A DNA stretch of 62,994 nucleotides, the filler included, from Reclinomonas americana ATCC 50394 (lineage: Eukaryota): the NCBI GenBank assembly GCA_048213135.1. It is 12 parts of 12 records of this genome, joined end to end, with 100 filler letters (N's around TTAATTAATTAA, not from the genome) between each part and the next. Parts side by side here need not be neighbours in the genome. Positions count along the whole stretch, not along the records: positions 24,210 to 30,272 come from AFZH01022013.1; positions 30,373 to 35,988 come from AFZH01022014.1; 10 more parts are not named here. One strand, given 5' to 3'. Under the pieces are notes generated by a model. It was not told the origin of the DNA and did no database searches. It was given only the letters and a program-made list of their open reading frames with translations. The position numbers and the translations under genes are program-made. The first letter of the stretch is position 1. The number at the start of each line of letters is the position of its first letter. This document shows, in pieces, positions 24,210 through 36,088 of this stretch.

Positions 24210-26150
24210 TCGCCGCCTCGGCTGTCGCACTCGCCGATCCAGACTTTGCAGTCGCCTCCTCCTCGTCGGCTGGCACGCGGTCCAAGAACCACTCTCGCAT
24301 CTCCGGGGCAAACATAAACTGGTGCTCCGAAGTGAAGCTGTCTGTGCCGGCCAGCTGCACCACAAACGGCAACGCCGGTACGTCCGGAACGTTGTCGAAG
24401 CGCACCGTCACTGTGACACGGCTCGTGCGTGGTGCCTGTTGCACGAAGAGATCATTAGTTCATCAGTTGCACCAGTGGCATGCAAGCAGCTGCAGACAAT
24501 GGTATCACACCAGTGGAACGGCAAATGAGCCATCGGCACCGCAGTCTCGCGCTCTGAACGCTGTGGCCTCACGCTGGCCGTCCAACTTGAGCTGCACAAC
24601 CGAGCAGAAGTGCGACCAGCCTGCCGGACGAGCGATGAAGAACTCGGAACCACGAGCACCGGCAGTCTTGCGCTGCGTGTTCATCACCACTATTAGCAAC
24701 CAGGAATGGAAACATCACCTCATCGAGAACATTCAACGCACCACTCCCAACGTGAAGGGCTTGACGTCGCGGTGCCGAGGCAGCTCCAGTCCAAGTTCGC
24801 GCAGCAAACCCAGCAGCACCTCGTCGGTGCGCGCACGAATGATCATCGAGGCACGGTGATCCTTCGGTGTCGGTTGCAGATTGGTGATCACCAGCTTGCC
24901 TGTGTGGTGACCGACGAGAGGGGATGAGACAGTCGTTGCAGGCAATGTGCACGGCAAGCACCGCACCTCGTCCACTCTTGACAGGGATCACGGGAATGTC
25001 GGCCGCCGGCGTCACCTTCAGACTGGTGCCAAACACCAGCGACAGGTCGGCCTTGCCGGCCTCCTCGTACGCACGCTCCAGCTCATCCTCTGGCAAGTTC
25101 TCGCTCTGTACATACGCACACACTACGCGTGAGCACGGGTAGTGGATGCAGCGCAGCGATTGTTGGCCGACTCCAACGCAACAAAGTTGATGATCGAGTC
25201 GTGCAGATGACCACCGCACTGCGGGCAGCGCCGTCCGGTCCGGTGATCGTGCACCTTTTGAGCAGTACGCGTACGCCACTCACGCCACACCTTGTGGCCG
25301 CAGCTCTCGCACTGCTCCTTGCTGCACGTCCGGTCAAAGAATTCCGTCAGTCTCATGTGACGGAAAGTGCAAGTTGGAAGACAGACAGCGGTACATGCGC
25401 AACTTGGTGTTGCCGTGCAACTCTGAGATGGCATCGCCCGGAATACCGCTTCGCACATGCAGACCGTCCGTGTTCTGCACACCGCGAACGATTCAGGCCT
25501 GCTGGATTCGACGGCAACTCGACAATCATGCAAAATCGAAAATGAACTCACTTGGCTGACGACGTGCTTGATGTAACCGGCCTTCACCAGTGCCACAATG
25601 GCCATGTGGCCGATAGTGGGGTAGTGCACTTTGGCGTCGGAGATGCTGCGCGAACCCTGCAAACATACGATATCGAAAGGTGAGTGTGGTCCGAGGACAA
25701 CTGGCCATTTTTTCCACGCTCACCGTCTCTCCGCGTGCACGCAGCGTCCACACACCATTCGGGCCGCTACTCACGCACACATTGTCAGTGTCGATACATC
25801 ACGAGCCTTTTCTTTCAACGCACACACACACACCGGAAGTCTGAGATGCCGGCCGATGTGGAGATTCCGGCGCCAGTGGACACGATCGCGTGATCCGCGT
25901 TGCGAACCAACTCGGCCAGTGCCTTGATGCGAGCTTGCACCACCTGCAGGTTACGGAGGGAGGAGAGGGTGAGACTCACGCGGCTGGACAGCGATTTGCC
26001 CGATCGGTACCGACCTCTGGCTCGTCAAAATACTGCATCGCAAGCACCCGTCAGTGATCCGCCCGCTCACCTCTCTCACACACAGTCAAGCACATACACA
26101 CATACACACACCTCCTTCACACGCTCCGGCGTCGCTTCCTCGGGATCCAT
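24210..26150 (-). CDS. Class IV sirtuin (SIRT6/7-like NAD-dependent deacylase) with C-terminal extension; 3'-partial, start uncertain
   Basis: [71 protein letters not shown] and LVITNLQPTPKD. Confidence 0.92.
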
Positions 26151-26479
26151 GACTCTTTCTCTGCTCGCCACAACAAACGAAAACAAAAAAGCAATCGATC
26201 CGTCGCGCCAAATATCGTCGGAAAATCGAACCGCGTGACTGGCGTCGAGTTATTTCTGTCCTCAACTCCATGCCGAATCCTCGCAAGGAAAAGGGACTGC
26301 ATGCAGCCACACAGTAGCACAGCGTGGCGGTAAAAGTGAGACGCGACTCGCGCATGGGAGAGAGGGCGTGTGTCTTTTTTTAGGCTTTTCAATGGGTTTT
26401 TAACAAACATGCACCAGCAGCAGCAGCACACCTTGCGGTGCGACTGCAAACGGTGGACGGGTGGGGTGAGAGTTGCACT

Positions 26480-27613
26480 TTAGTACTTCTCCTCCACCAG
26501 GCCATGGCGCCAGTACATGAAGGTCGGGATACCCTCCGCATCCCACTCAACCAGCACGACCATGCTGTTCTCTTGCAGGTTCTCGCCCATGTAGAAGCTC
26601 AGCTCGTCGGCCTTGCCCAGAATGCCGGCGATCACCGACTTGGACTGAGCCACCAGCTCAGCAGCAGCCTCCGGCTTGCCATCGGCCTCCAGCTTGGCCT
26701 TCAGTGCCTGCAGGTAGCCCTTGATGTGCGCTACGGGAACGCAAACACATGAAATCAGCGGCTGATTTCGCGCACACAGGAGAACAGCGATTCGACGACT
26801 CACCCTGGTACTGCTTCTTGTCGAACGGGACCTCCTGCAGCTTGAACGCGTCGACAATGTTGATCACCCTCACAACACCGTCCTCGACGCCCTCCTCGCC
26901 GCACTCGAAGCCAGCGACGCCAGTGTCCTTCATGATGTAGGCGCCCTTGGCCTTGATGAAAGGTCCGTCGACCTCCTCGCTGAGAGAGATGAAGAAGAGA
27001 TCAGCAATCGCGGAGGGAGAGAGAGAGAGAAGGAGAGTGAGAGAGAAGAGGACTTACCCGTAGCTGTCCGACAGCATCTCATCGCCAGACTGCGAGTGAT
27101 TGTGAGTCACATTATCTGTTGAGCGGGCGATGACAGGCACGAGCTCACCATAATGTCCTTGAAGACCTGCGAGATCGAAAAGAAGGGAAGGGGAAGGGGG
27201 GGCGCAGGAGGGTCAGAGAACTGACATGGCACCATCTCAGGAACACACACGAAAGGACGTGCGCCCCTTCATCTCTCCATTTATCGAAACAGACAGCAAT
27301 CAAGAGAACGAGGGGAGGCACATGACACTCCACAATCTACAGCACACGAGAGCGGGCGTGAGGGGAGCGCGGGAGAGCGCGTGATGCACATGCACAGAGT
27401 GAAACCAAATGAAACACACATACACACAGACACAATGAGAGGAAGGGCAACAGAGCGCTGCCAGCCGAGCGAGTCACTGCTACACAGAGAGAGAGGGACA
27501 CGACGGCAAGACGACGCGTGCTCTGTTTGACCATGTCTTGTCTGATGTGCGCTCCTCACTCACTCCACTCGCTCTTTTCCGTTTTTTTGAGCGTCACGCA
27601 CACACACCTTCAT
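26480..27613 (-). CDS. TPT1: Translationally controlled tumour protein (TCTP)
   Basis: Spliced MK|VFKDIM|SGDEMLSDSY...RVINIVDAFKLQEVPFDKKQY..HIKGYL...FYMGEN...PTFMYWRHGLVEEKY. Exon 1 is ATGAAG at 27608-27613. Confidence 0.93.
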
Positions 27614-27979
27614 GATTGTGTGGTGGGGTTAACGGGGTTAACGGGGGAAGAGGGGGATAACGAGAGCGCGCGAAAAAAATCGCAATAACGTGAGGGGAAT
27701 CGGTCGATCGGTCGAAGCTGTGAACAATCACATCCACGAGACGAGCCACTGGTCTGCTGCCTTCGCCACCACATGCATCAGGGCCGCCACTACAAGGCGA
27801 ACAGAATGCACCTACGCAAGCGCACCACAGAGCAGCGCTTCACGACATGGACAGTCGATGAGTCATCCATTGTCCAACAACCGTTTGGCATTTGTGGCAG
27901 GTGCTGAGAAAAGTAGGAGGAACCACACACACACACTCACGAGCACACGAGCACACGGACCGCGTACAAGCACATCAAC

Positions 27980-28642
27980 ATGGCAGCACCCCACGCGCTT
28001 GGTCTGGAAGACGATCAAGCGGAAACATCGCAGTACGAGTGCGTGTTCTCCATCTTTGATGTGGACGGCGACGGAATGATCTCGGCCGTCGACCTGGCTG
28101 TCTCACTTCGCCGACTCGGTGCGCCAACAGTAAGAGAGATAGAGAGAGAGAGAGACTCGCACTGGGCAGATGCGCATACAGAGACTCAATCAGTTTCACC
28201 CGACGGTTTGTATTGACATGATGCGCGTGCAGGTCAACAGCCGACACGTGCAGAGGTCGACGCCATGATGGAGTTGTGGGGCTGTGTGGCGGGACAAGGG
28301 TTCACCATGGAGAAGATGGTGGAGATTTTGCAGTCGGTGGAGCCCGGCGACTTTCCCGAGACCGAGTTGCGACGAGCGTTCCGTCATATTGACGCCGACA
28401 ATAGCGGCATGATCAGCCGCGATGAGGTGAGGCATTGTCTTGTGTAAGGACACTGTGTGCGCGTTGGTGAGGGGCCTCACAGTTTGTTGATGTTGTTTTT
28501 GCAGCTGCGCGACGCCATGCGCAAGATGGGCCTCAACCTGACCGAGGAGGCATTCGAGCAGCTGGTGAACGACATTGATGTCGACGGCAATGGAGAGGTG
28601 GACTTTGCAGAGTTCTGCATGGTCATGGAGCGAACGGGGTGA
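27980..28642 (+). CDS. Calmodulin-like EF-hand protein (EF2 degenerate)
   Basis: FSIFDVDGDGMISAVDL, AFRHIDADNSGMISRDEL and DIDVDGNGEVDFAEF. Two introns. Confidence 0.88.
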
Positions 28643-28710
28643 CGAGGCGGAGCGAGCCACAGGAGGACACCTCTTCCACGAAAAAACAACAAATGCAACA
28701 TAGTTATCCT

Positions 28711-29658
28711 TCAATCATCGTCATCGTCGTCTTCGTCATCATCGTCGCTGTGACCTGGACACTCACGCTTCAGCTCGTCGGCACTGGCAAACTTGGCGCC
28801 GCACTGGAAACAATAGTGATGCATTCGTCGCAGGTGTTCCACGAATCGATCGCGCTTCGCCTGCACCTCCTCGGGCGCCTTGAGCAGCCGACGCGCCAAT
28901 CGTTTCCTCACGCCATCCGCTCGCACCGCCGCGCCGCCCTGCTCGTCGCCCTCCTCACCCTCGCCCTCACTCTCACTGCTGCTGTCGGCCAGTCGCTCCA
29001 CCTCCACGCCCGGTCGATCCTCCAAATCCCGCACCAATCGCCTGAAAAACAAGTCAGCGATTTTGTGTTTCCTCTCAAGTGCACGCACACGCAACTTGGC
29101 CGCCACCGTCTCCCTCTGCGCCTTCTCCACCGCAAACTGCAGCGCACGTCGCCGCCGAAACTCATCCGCCCCCACCACACTCTCCTCCACCCTCGCGCGC
29201 TTCCGCATGGCCACCTCCGCCCTCCGCTCCTCCGCCGCACTCTTCACGCCCAACCCCACCCGATCGCCCTTGACGACCACCGGCAGTGGCTCGACCAGAC
29301 CCGTCCCTCGCGCACCAAGGCCGCGACCCTCCTCGTAGCCCATCATCTTGAGCATGCGATGACCGACATTGGTGCCCGCCAGAGGCCGACTGAGACTGTC
29401 CTCGCGCACCTCGCGCTCGTGCTCTCGCAGGGGCTTGATGTAGCCCGGTCGCAGCTCTTTCGGGTTCTGCCTGTGCTTGTGTGTGAGAGAGAGAGACAGC
29501 AGGAGAGGGAGAGAGTGAGGAGAGGACCTTGCGAGCATCTTGCGTCGCTGTTGCAAGAGCAGATCGGATTGTTCGCGTTTGCGCCACTCGGCCTCTGCTT
29601 GCTCCACGAATGCGGCTGACATGTAGTCGTCCTCGTCGCCTTCCTCTTTGTTGCTCAT
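28711..29658 (-). CDS. GPATCH11: G-patch domain protein 11-like (G-patch plus C-terminal DUF4187-type motif)
   Basis: EDDYMS at the N-terminus, NVGHRMLKMMGYEEGRGLGARGTGLVEP, HLRRMHHYCFQCGAKFASADELKRECPG. In-frame intron 29471-29527. Confidence 0.85.
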   Translation of the reverse strand: MSNKEEGDEDDYMSAAFVEQAEAEWRKREQSDLLLQQRRKMLARSSPHSLPLLLSLSLTHKHRQNPKELRPGYIKPLREHEREVREDSLSRPLAGTNVGHRMLKMMGYEEGRGLGARGTGLVEPLPVVVKGDRVGLGVKSAAEERRAEVAMRKRARVEESVVGADEFRRRRALQFAVEKAQRETVAAKLRVRALERKHKIADLFFRRLVRDLEDRPGVEVERLADSSSESEGEGEEGDEQGGAAVRADGVRKRLARRLLKAPEEVQAKRDRFVEHLRRMHHYCFQCGAKFASADELKRECPGHSDDDDEDDDDDD

Positions 29659-29715
29659 TGCAAGGAGAATGAGTACGATTCACGATCCAATCACCCCAAC
29701 CGATTCTAGTCAGAG

Positions 29716-32137
29716 ATGAGCGCTGCGCGGAGAGAGGAGGGCGATGGTGTGTGTGTGTGTGTGTGTGTGGAGGGAGAAGAGTGTGTGTGTGTGTGTGAGA
29801 GAGAGAAAGAGTGTGTGTGCTCACTCATGTGTGCAGATGTTGCCGATGAGGAGTATCAGCGCGGCCTCAACTTGCTCGTGCACATCAAGATGGGCAACAT
29901 GAGCGAGTTGCGTCTTGCACACACACATGCACAAGGAGAGAGAAAGAGAGAGCACACGCGCGCGTGTGTGTGTGTCTTTGTGTGTGTGTGTCATGGTGCA
30001 ACATCTCACTTTTACGACGCAGAGTGGTTCAATTGCTCGACTCGGGTGTTCCTGTGGACTTTTCCGGGGACAAGGGCATTACGGCGTTGCATGTGGCGGC
30101 GGCCAATAAGCAGGAGGAATTGGGGTTGTTGCTGGTGGAGCGGGGGGCGCGCATTGATGCACTCGATGATCAGTATCGCTGCAACGCGGCGCACTATGGT
30201 GTGTGTGTGTGATGGAGGGGGGAAGGGAGAGAGAGGGGAGAGGGGGGAGAGCGCGTGGTGCACAGGCGATGGNNNNNNNNNNNNNNNNNNNNNNNNNNNN
30301 NNNNNNNNNNNNNNNNTTAATTAATTAANNNNNNNNNNNNNNNNNNNNNNNNNNNNNNNNNNNNNNNNNNNNTTCGTGGCGTTGAATTGCGCAGGAGGTA
30401 GCGCACCATATGAGATGCAGAGAGGAGAACTGAGCCTCTTGCCACGTGCTTGATTTCCTCCGATGATTTGCCGTCAGAAGAGCTTCTTTCTTGCTCTCTC
30501 GCCTCTCTCCGATGTGCGTACTTCCGACGCAGTGTTGGACTGCACAGAGAAGCGCGCATTATGAAATGTGGAATGTCTCGCCTCGCTCCTAATTCCTTCG
30601 ATGAGACGAGAGCTTTTCAGACTCCTCCTCCCCCTTCTCCTCTCTCTCTCGTCCACTCTTCCTTGTCCTCACCCTTTTCCCTCCTCGGCGCAGCGGCGAC
30701 ATCGGGCTGCACAGAACTCATTCGGAGGTTTCACGCGGCTGGGTTGGATTTCACGCAAGTGAATCGTTTCGACGCGACGCCGATGCATTTGGTGGGCGAC
30801 CGCGAGGTGTGCATTGCGATGCGAGATCTGGGATTGGACTTGGACATTCAAAACAAGTGCGCATGTCATCGAGAGAGAGAAGGATTAGCATTGTCTCTGT
30901 GTTGATGCTCATTCCTTGTGTTTTATTTTTTGAAGAGCGGGGCGGCGACCGATTCATGTCGCGTGTCGTGACCATCGCGAAAGTGCGGCCTTGTTTTTGG
31001 TGGAGCACTCGCGACATCGATCCAGTCCCGACGAAGGTGAGAGAGCGGGTATGGCATTACTGACTCACGGCGTGTCGCGGTGATTTGCTGACTGCGTGCT
31101 GGCAGACGGCAACACTCCGCTGCACTTTGCGGCCACGTGTGGCAGTCGGGAGGTGGTCATTGCGCTGGCGGAGAAGGGTGTGGACATTGACGCACAAAAT
31201 CACTTGCGACAAACGCCGTTGCATTTGGTGTGTGCTTGTGTACTCGACTCTTTGCTCCGTCGAGTGTCTTGTTGACGCGTGTGCGTGTGCGTGTGTCAGG
31301 CGGCAGAGCGTGGACACGATTCCGTGGCCGACTACCTCATTAGCAAGGTGTGGCTGATGTTCGGGGGGTTCTCTCTCGTGATATTCTACCGCTCACCCTG
31401 CCTCCACATTCACAGGGTGCAAGAACAGATCTGGCCGACTCACAAGGCAAGGTTCCCGACATTTCGTCGGGCCCCACCACGTCGGCGCAAGGTACGAGTA
31501 CGAACGGAGAGAGAGGGGGAGATGCCGCGTTTTACACAGCTCACACGCTGCTGTATGCAGACTTTGAGGCGAGACGGAAAGAGGGATGGATGGTCAAGGA
31601 GGGCGGCAACTTCAAGTCGTGGAAGAAGCGGTGCGTGCAACTGGACCAATCGCCTCGTCTTCCTAGCACTCACTTTGTTTTACCATGGCAGCTGGTTTGT
31701 GCTGCACGGGCCAACACTGGAGTACTTTTCCGGCAAGCCCAAGGTTCATATATTGTTGCTCTTCGCTGGCTAATTTGCGTTGCATCTCACGCTTGTACAG
31801 GCTGGCGACAAACCACGCGGTTCGGTCGACCTCAACGACATTGAGACTGTATCCGAGGTTCACACACACCCCACGCTCACTCACTAACAACAACTCGTTG
31901 GTTTTCCTCACTTCTCCCACGACACAGAGCATGAAGGGCACACGCTTTGTGATTGCACTGGCGGGGAAGCGCGGCAAGCGAACATGGTATCTGCAAGCCG
32001 AGACGCATGGTGAGAGAGCCAGGGGAAGAGAGTGGGACGAAGGGCTCTCGGTAACTCAACTCGTTCGTGCAGCCGAGGAGAAGGAGTGGTTCCAAACACT
32101 CCAGGAGCAAGTCGACTGGCTGCGAAGATCGCGGTGA
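29716..32137 (+). CDS. Ankyrin-repeat plus PH-domain protein; split by a linker inside an intron
   Basis: GITALHVAAA, NAAHY|AATSG (phase-1 join across the 30273-30372 linker), GNTPLHFAA, QTPLHLAAERG. PH domain KEGWMVKEGGNFKSWKKRWFVL...TWYLQAET..EEKEWFQTL. Confidence 0.82.
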
Positions 32138-32418
32138 GTCGGTTTAAAAATCATGCATCGCGAGGCTGTGACTGACTTTCTTTCTTGTGTGCCTGCAGTC
32201 GTCGATCGGTGGCGTAAGACGGTGAGCCAGAGGAGCGATGAAAGCGGAGGAGAGGGAGAGTGATCGGAGTAGTGGACAAATGTACGCTTTTGACTGCTGA
32301 GTCATTCAACGCATTGATCACACACCGCAAAGCGAACACTGTTGCACAAGCGTCACACACACACGACGAGTAAGTGAGTGAGTGAGTGCGAAAGCCGCAC
32401 ACTTTACCGCCAAGCACC

Positions 32419-34426
32419 ATGCCGCCTCAACCGCCCAGTTGCGTCATGACTTTGATCATGTATTGTGTGTGTGCGCGCTGAATCGCGTCTCACATGTGAA
32501 AAAAAGGTAACCCGCCGCCCATGATGACATACATGTGGGACTGCTCAAACCGGGCATTCGCGCTGGTCCCCGAAGGCACAGAAACGTTGCGCGCGAGAAG
32601 AGCGAGAGAGAAGAGAGAGAGAGGAGTTTTTGACAGTGAGTGTGTGAGAAGTGCGCCATTGTTCCGCCCCACGCACTCACGCACACACACGCTCGTGTGC
32701 GCATCTGGTGCGTGTGTGTGTGCGTGTGTGTGGCGTGCTGCTGCTGCTGTGCGAGTGTGCGCGCGCGAGAAGAAGAGAGAACCTTCCGATATTCCTTCTT
32801 ATTCATCACTCCACGTGCGACGCTCTGCGCACATACGCGCGTGTGTGTGTATGTGTATACGCACACACACACACGCCACATCGCACTCCCTTTGCGCCTT
32901 CTTCGTTTTCTGCGCGCCTCGTCTTTTTGTGTCGGAGGCCATGTCGGTCTCACGCACTCTCTCACACACAGTACCCTGGATGGACTGGGACTGGTGGCAC
33001 CCGAGTACCTCTGCGACACCTTCGTAGATTGTACAAGCTGGTCAGACGAAAGAGATTGTAATCCAAGTCTGGTGGCCACGTTGCGTTTCTGAGAGCAGGA
33101 AGAGTGACTGTGTGATGTGTGTGTGTGTTTTCGCTCATTCTCCCTGTGTGTAGGTTTTACTCGTTCCTTGTTATTACGGGATGCATTGCCGGCATCTTCC
33201 TCGTCGTCATCTACTTTGTGTGGAGACTACGGCAGCATCGTGTGATTCGCAAGGCGTCGCCCACGTTTCTCATTCTGCTGCTGTTGGGTGGTGGACTCGG
33301 ATTCACTGCCATGTTGCCGTGGATTGGTGTGTGCTGCTGTTGTTGTGCGCGTGTGCAGTTGCGGCATGCACTCACTATCGTGTCTCTTGTGTGTCTAGGT
33401 CGACCAACTGTGTCCGGCTGTCTCTTCCGTGCTTGGTTGCCGGGCCTCGCCTTTGTGTTTGGCTGGGGGTGCGCACAACAAGTCTCTCTCTCCCCACTCT
33501 TTCTGTCTCCGTGTCACTCACACGTGCGGGAGCAGGAGCCTGTTTGCCAAGACCTACCGCATTCATCGTATCTTCAACAACAAGTCGTTGCAGAAGATCA
33601 CTAAAGTGTCGGACTGGGACATGTTCAAGGTCGTGCTCATCTTGCTCACCATCGAAGTGGTGCGTACACGTACTCCACAAGCGCGCGCTCTCTCTCACAT
33701 CGTCTCTCTGCTCACGTTCGTATTCGGTGATCGCGCAGGCATTGCTCGGCATCTGGTGCGACTCCTCCTTTACTTGTTGTGTTTTTATTTGCTCCTCGTC
33801 CTCACCTGGGTTCATGGTCGCAGGGCTGCCGTATCCGTATGGAAACCTGTTATTCGAGACGACGTGGCCGACAAGCCGCATGTCGAGTGTGATGTGCGTT
33901 GACGTTGTTTGTGTGGCTGGCCTCCGCTCTTCACTCTCATGTCTTCTCACTCGAGCCATTTCGTCGCCAGGTCCGATTCAAGATATTATTCTACGGCTTA
34001 TTGCTCGGCTACAAGGTTGCGTGTGGTGCTCTGTCGCACACTGTTGTTGCTGTCGTTGGCAAACCGACCCGATGCGATGAATAGGTACTCCTAATGATCT
34101 GGGGTTGTAAGCTAGCCTGGGACACGCGAGGCGTCGACAAGGAATACAATGAGAGCAAGTACATTGCCATGTCGGTACGTACTGAACAGCACAGCTTGCC
34201 AGTGGTGACACGCGGTGCTCACTGCTCACGATAGATCTTTGCATGGCTCATCCTCGGCATTGTCGTCTTCCCCATTCTGTTCTTGCCGATTTTGGCCACC
34301 GACCGCCTCACTGCGTTTGCCGTGCGCTCGTCGGCACTGCTGGTTGCCATCCTGATCGTGGAGAGTTTCCTCTTTGTGCCCAAGTTCTTTGCCATTCGTC
34401 GCGTCAACCGCGACGCAGAGAACACG

Positions 34427-34484
<58 letters not shown>

Positions 34485-35047
34485 CTCCATTTGTTTGTCA
34501 TCTTTTTTTGACCCTCTTCCTCCACGCAGGCGCAAGCCATTAGTCCGCGTCAGCTGCCAAACATCACACCCGGTGGCGAGAACCGGTACCGCACCAAGTA
34601 CCTGGAGAACGGAGCGCAGTCGCCCACTGCCCCGTCACCGCCTGCATTGCCTGTTACGCAAGCGCGCTCTCTCGACGGGGGAGACAAGTATCGCACCAAG
34701 TACCTGGAGGGTGGACCGGCGTCGCCCAACTCGCCGCAGAATGGCGATGTGGTGTCACCCACGGGTGTGGTGCCGCTGCTGGCCGGACAACAGGTGGCCA
34801 GTGGTGCTCTGCCGCCATTGCCCCCACCACCGCAACGAACTGTTGAGTTGTCTATTGCCTGTCACGTCACCTTTTCCCATCCCAACTGACACATGTCTTG
34901 CAGCCTGGCGCAAGAATGTTTGGCGGCCAGGGTCGCTCGACACCAGCCATGGACCTCATGAGTGTACCGTTGCCGCCGGCGCCGCTCCCGCCGCAACTGC
35001 CAGCACCCGCACCCTCAGCAGCGTCATCTCCCAACGGACGTCGGTGA
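32419..35047 (+). CDS. Class C (7tm_3, GABA-B-like) GPCR with short LDLa-like N-terminus and Pro-rich tail
   Basis: VIRKASPTFLILLLLGG, CLFRAWLPGLAF, SLFAKTYRIHRIFNN and LAWDTRGVDKEYNESKYIAMS are class C signatures. N-terminal CDTFVDCTSWSDERDC. Confidence 0.88.
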
Positions 35048-35135
35048 CACTTGTACGACTTAAAAGCAATCAACAGTGTATGACATTTTCATTCGCGAAA
35101 CAAGCAGACAGATTAAGTAACACACAACAGAAACA

Positions 35136-35988
35136 CTATCTAAGAGAGCCAGCACTGAGGGGCGGCATTCCGCGCCCTGAGCTGACTGGTGAGAGGTGCT
35201 GTTGGCCCTCCATCGTGTTGACCGGCACGTACTTGCTCGAGTGAAGCAAGTGCGGTCGCATATCCCACGAGAGAGCATCGCCGCCGTGCGGCGAGCGCAG
35301 GTTGCTGTGAATGGCCACGAGACCTGTCGATAGATAATCAGCAACACGACACGTGCTCTGCAGTTCACGGAGAGCACCCACCAAACGCCTCGTCTCCAGC
35401 AGCCGTGCACACAGCATGTGTAATGTACTGACAGCGGCAGCAGCAATACATGGTCCAGCTGCGAGAGAATGGTCAGGCGATGGTGGTGGATGCAAGAGTA
35501 ATCTCTCCTGGGCCTCATATACACACCTCGGCGACGCAGGTGCACGATGCGGCCACTCCTCCACACAGGTGGCCTGTTCGAGGCACCCAAACATGTTGTC
35601 CGGTGTCGAGTACGTCCAAGTGGTGGTCGGTTCACTCCACAGCAGCACCGAGTTCATGCGCTGAATGTAGTACGGATCAAAGGCGGGCACGGTGATGGTG
35701 GCCGCCACCGACGTCTCGCGCGGCGGCGAGTCCGCCACCCACTGGTCCTCGCCCAGCACACTGTTCGAGGCACTCCAGCACTGCCCGCACAAACACCGAT
35801 ATAACGAGGTGGCGGTGCTGCCGGCGAGACTGGCCGGGGCCGTGGCTTGCCTGCACGCACACACATATACAAAAGATAGTGGCTTCAGCATTTCCGTCAC
35901 ACGACTCTCCCACACACACACACACACTCTTCGACGCAACAGCGGTGGAATTGGCGGCAGCGTGCGGCTCACGAGCTCCAGGAGACGT
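35136..35988 (-). CDS. 3' end of a gene, possibly the C-terminus of the large kinase on the next contig (5'-partial)
   Basis: Long ORF with Cys motif YRCLCGQCW and in-frame intron 35851-35940. Same strand as the adjacent truncated kinase. Confidence 0.5.
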
Positions 35989-36088
35989 NNNNNNNNNNNN
36001 NNNNNNNNNNNNNNNNNNNNNNNNNNNNNNNNTTAATTAATTAANNNNNNNNNNNNNNNNNNNNNNNNNNNNNNNNNNNNNNNNNNNN

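Noticed and set aside
27255..27275. GG donor after ATGAAG as the TCTP first exon
   Set aside because: A canonical ATGAAG|GTGTGT first exon exists at 27608-27613.
31849..31856. U12-type intron donor (GTATCC)
   Set aside because: Sequence is GTATCCGA, not GTATCCTT. No U12 branch site is seen, and an ordinary G|GTTCAC donor lies 9 nt downstream in the same phase.
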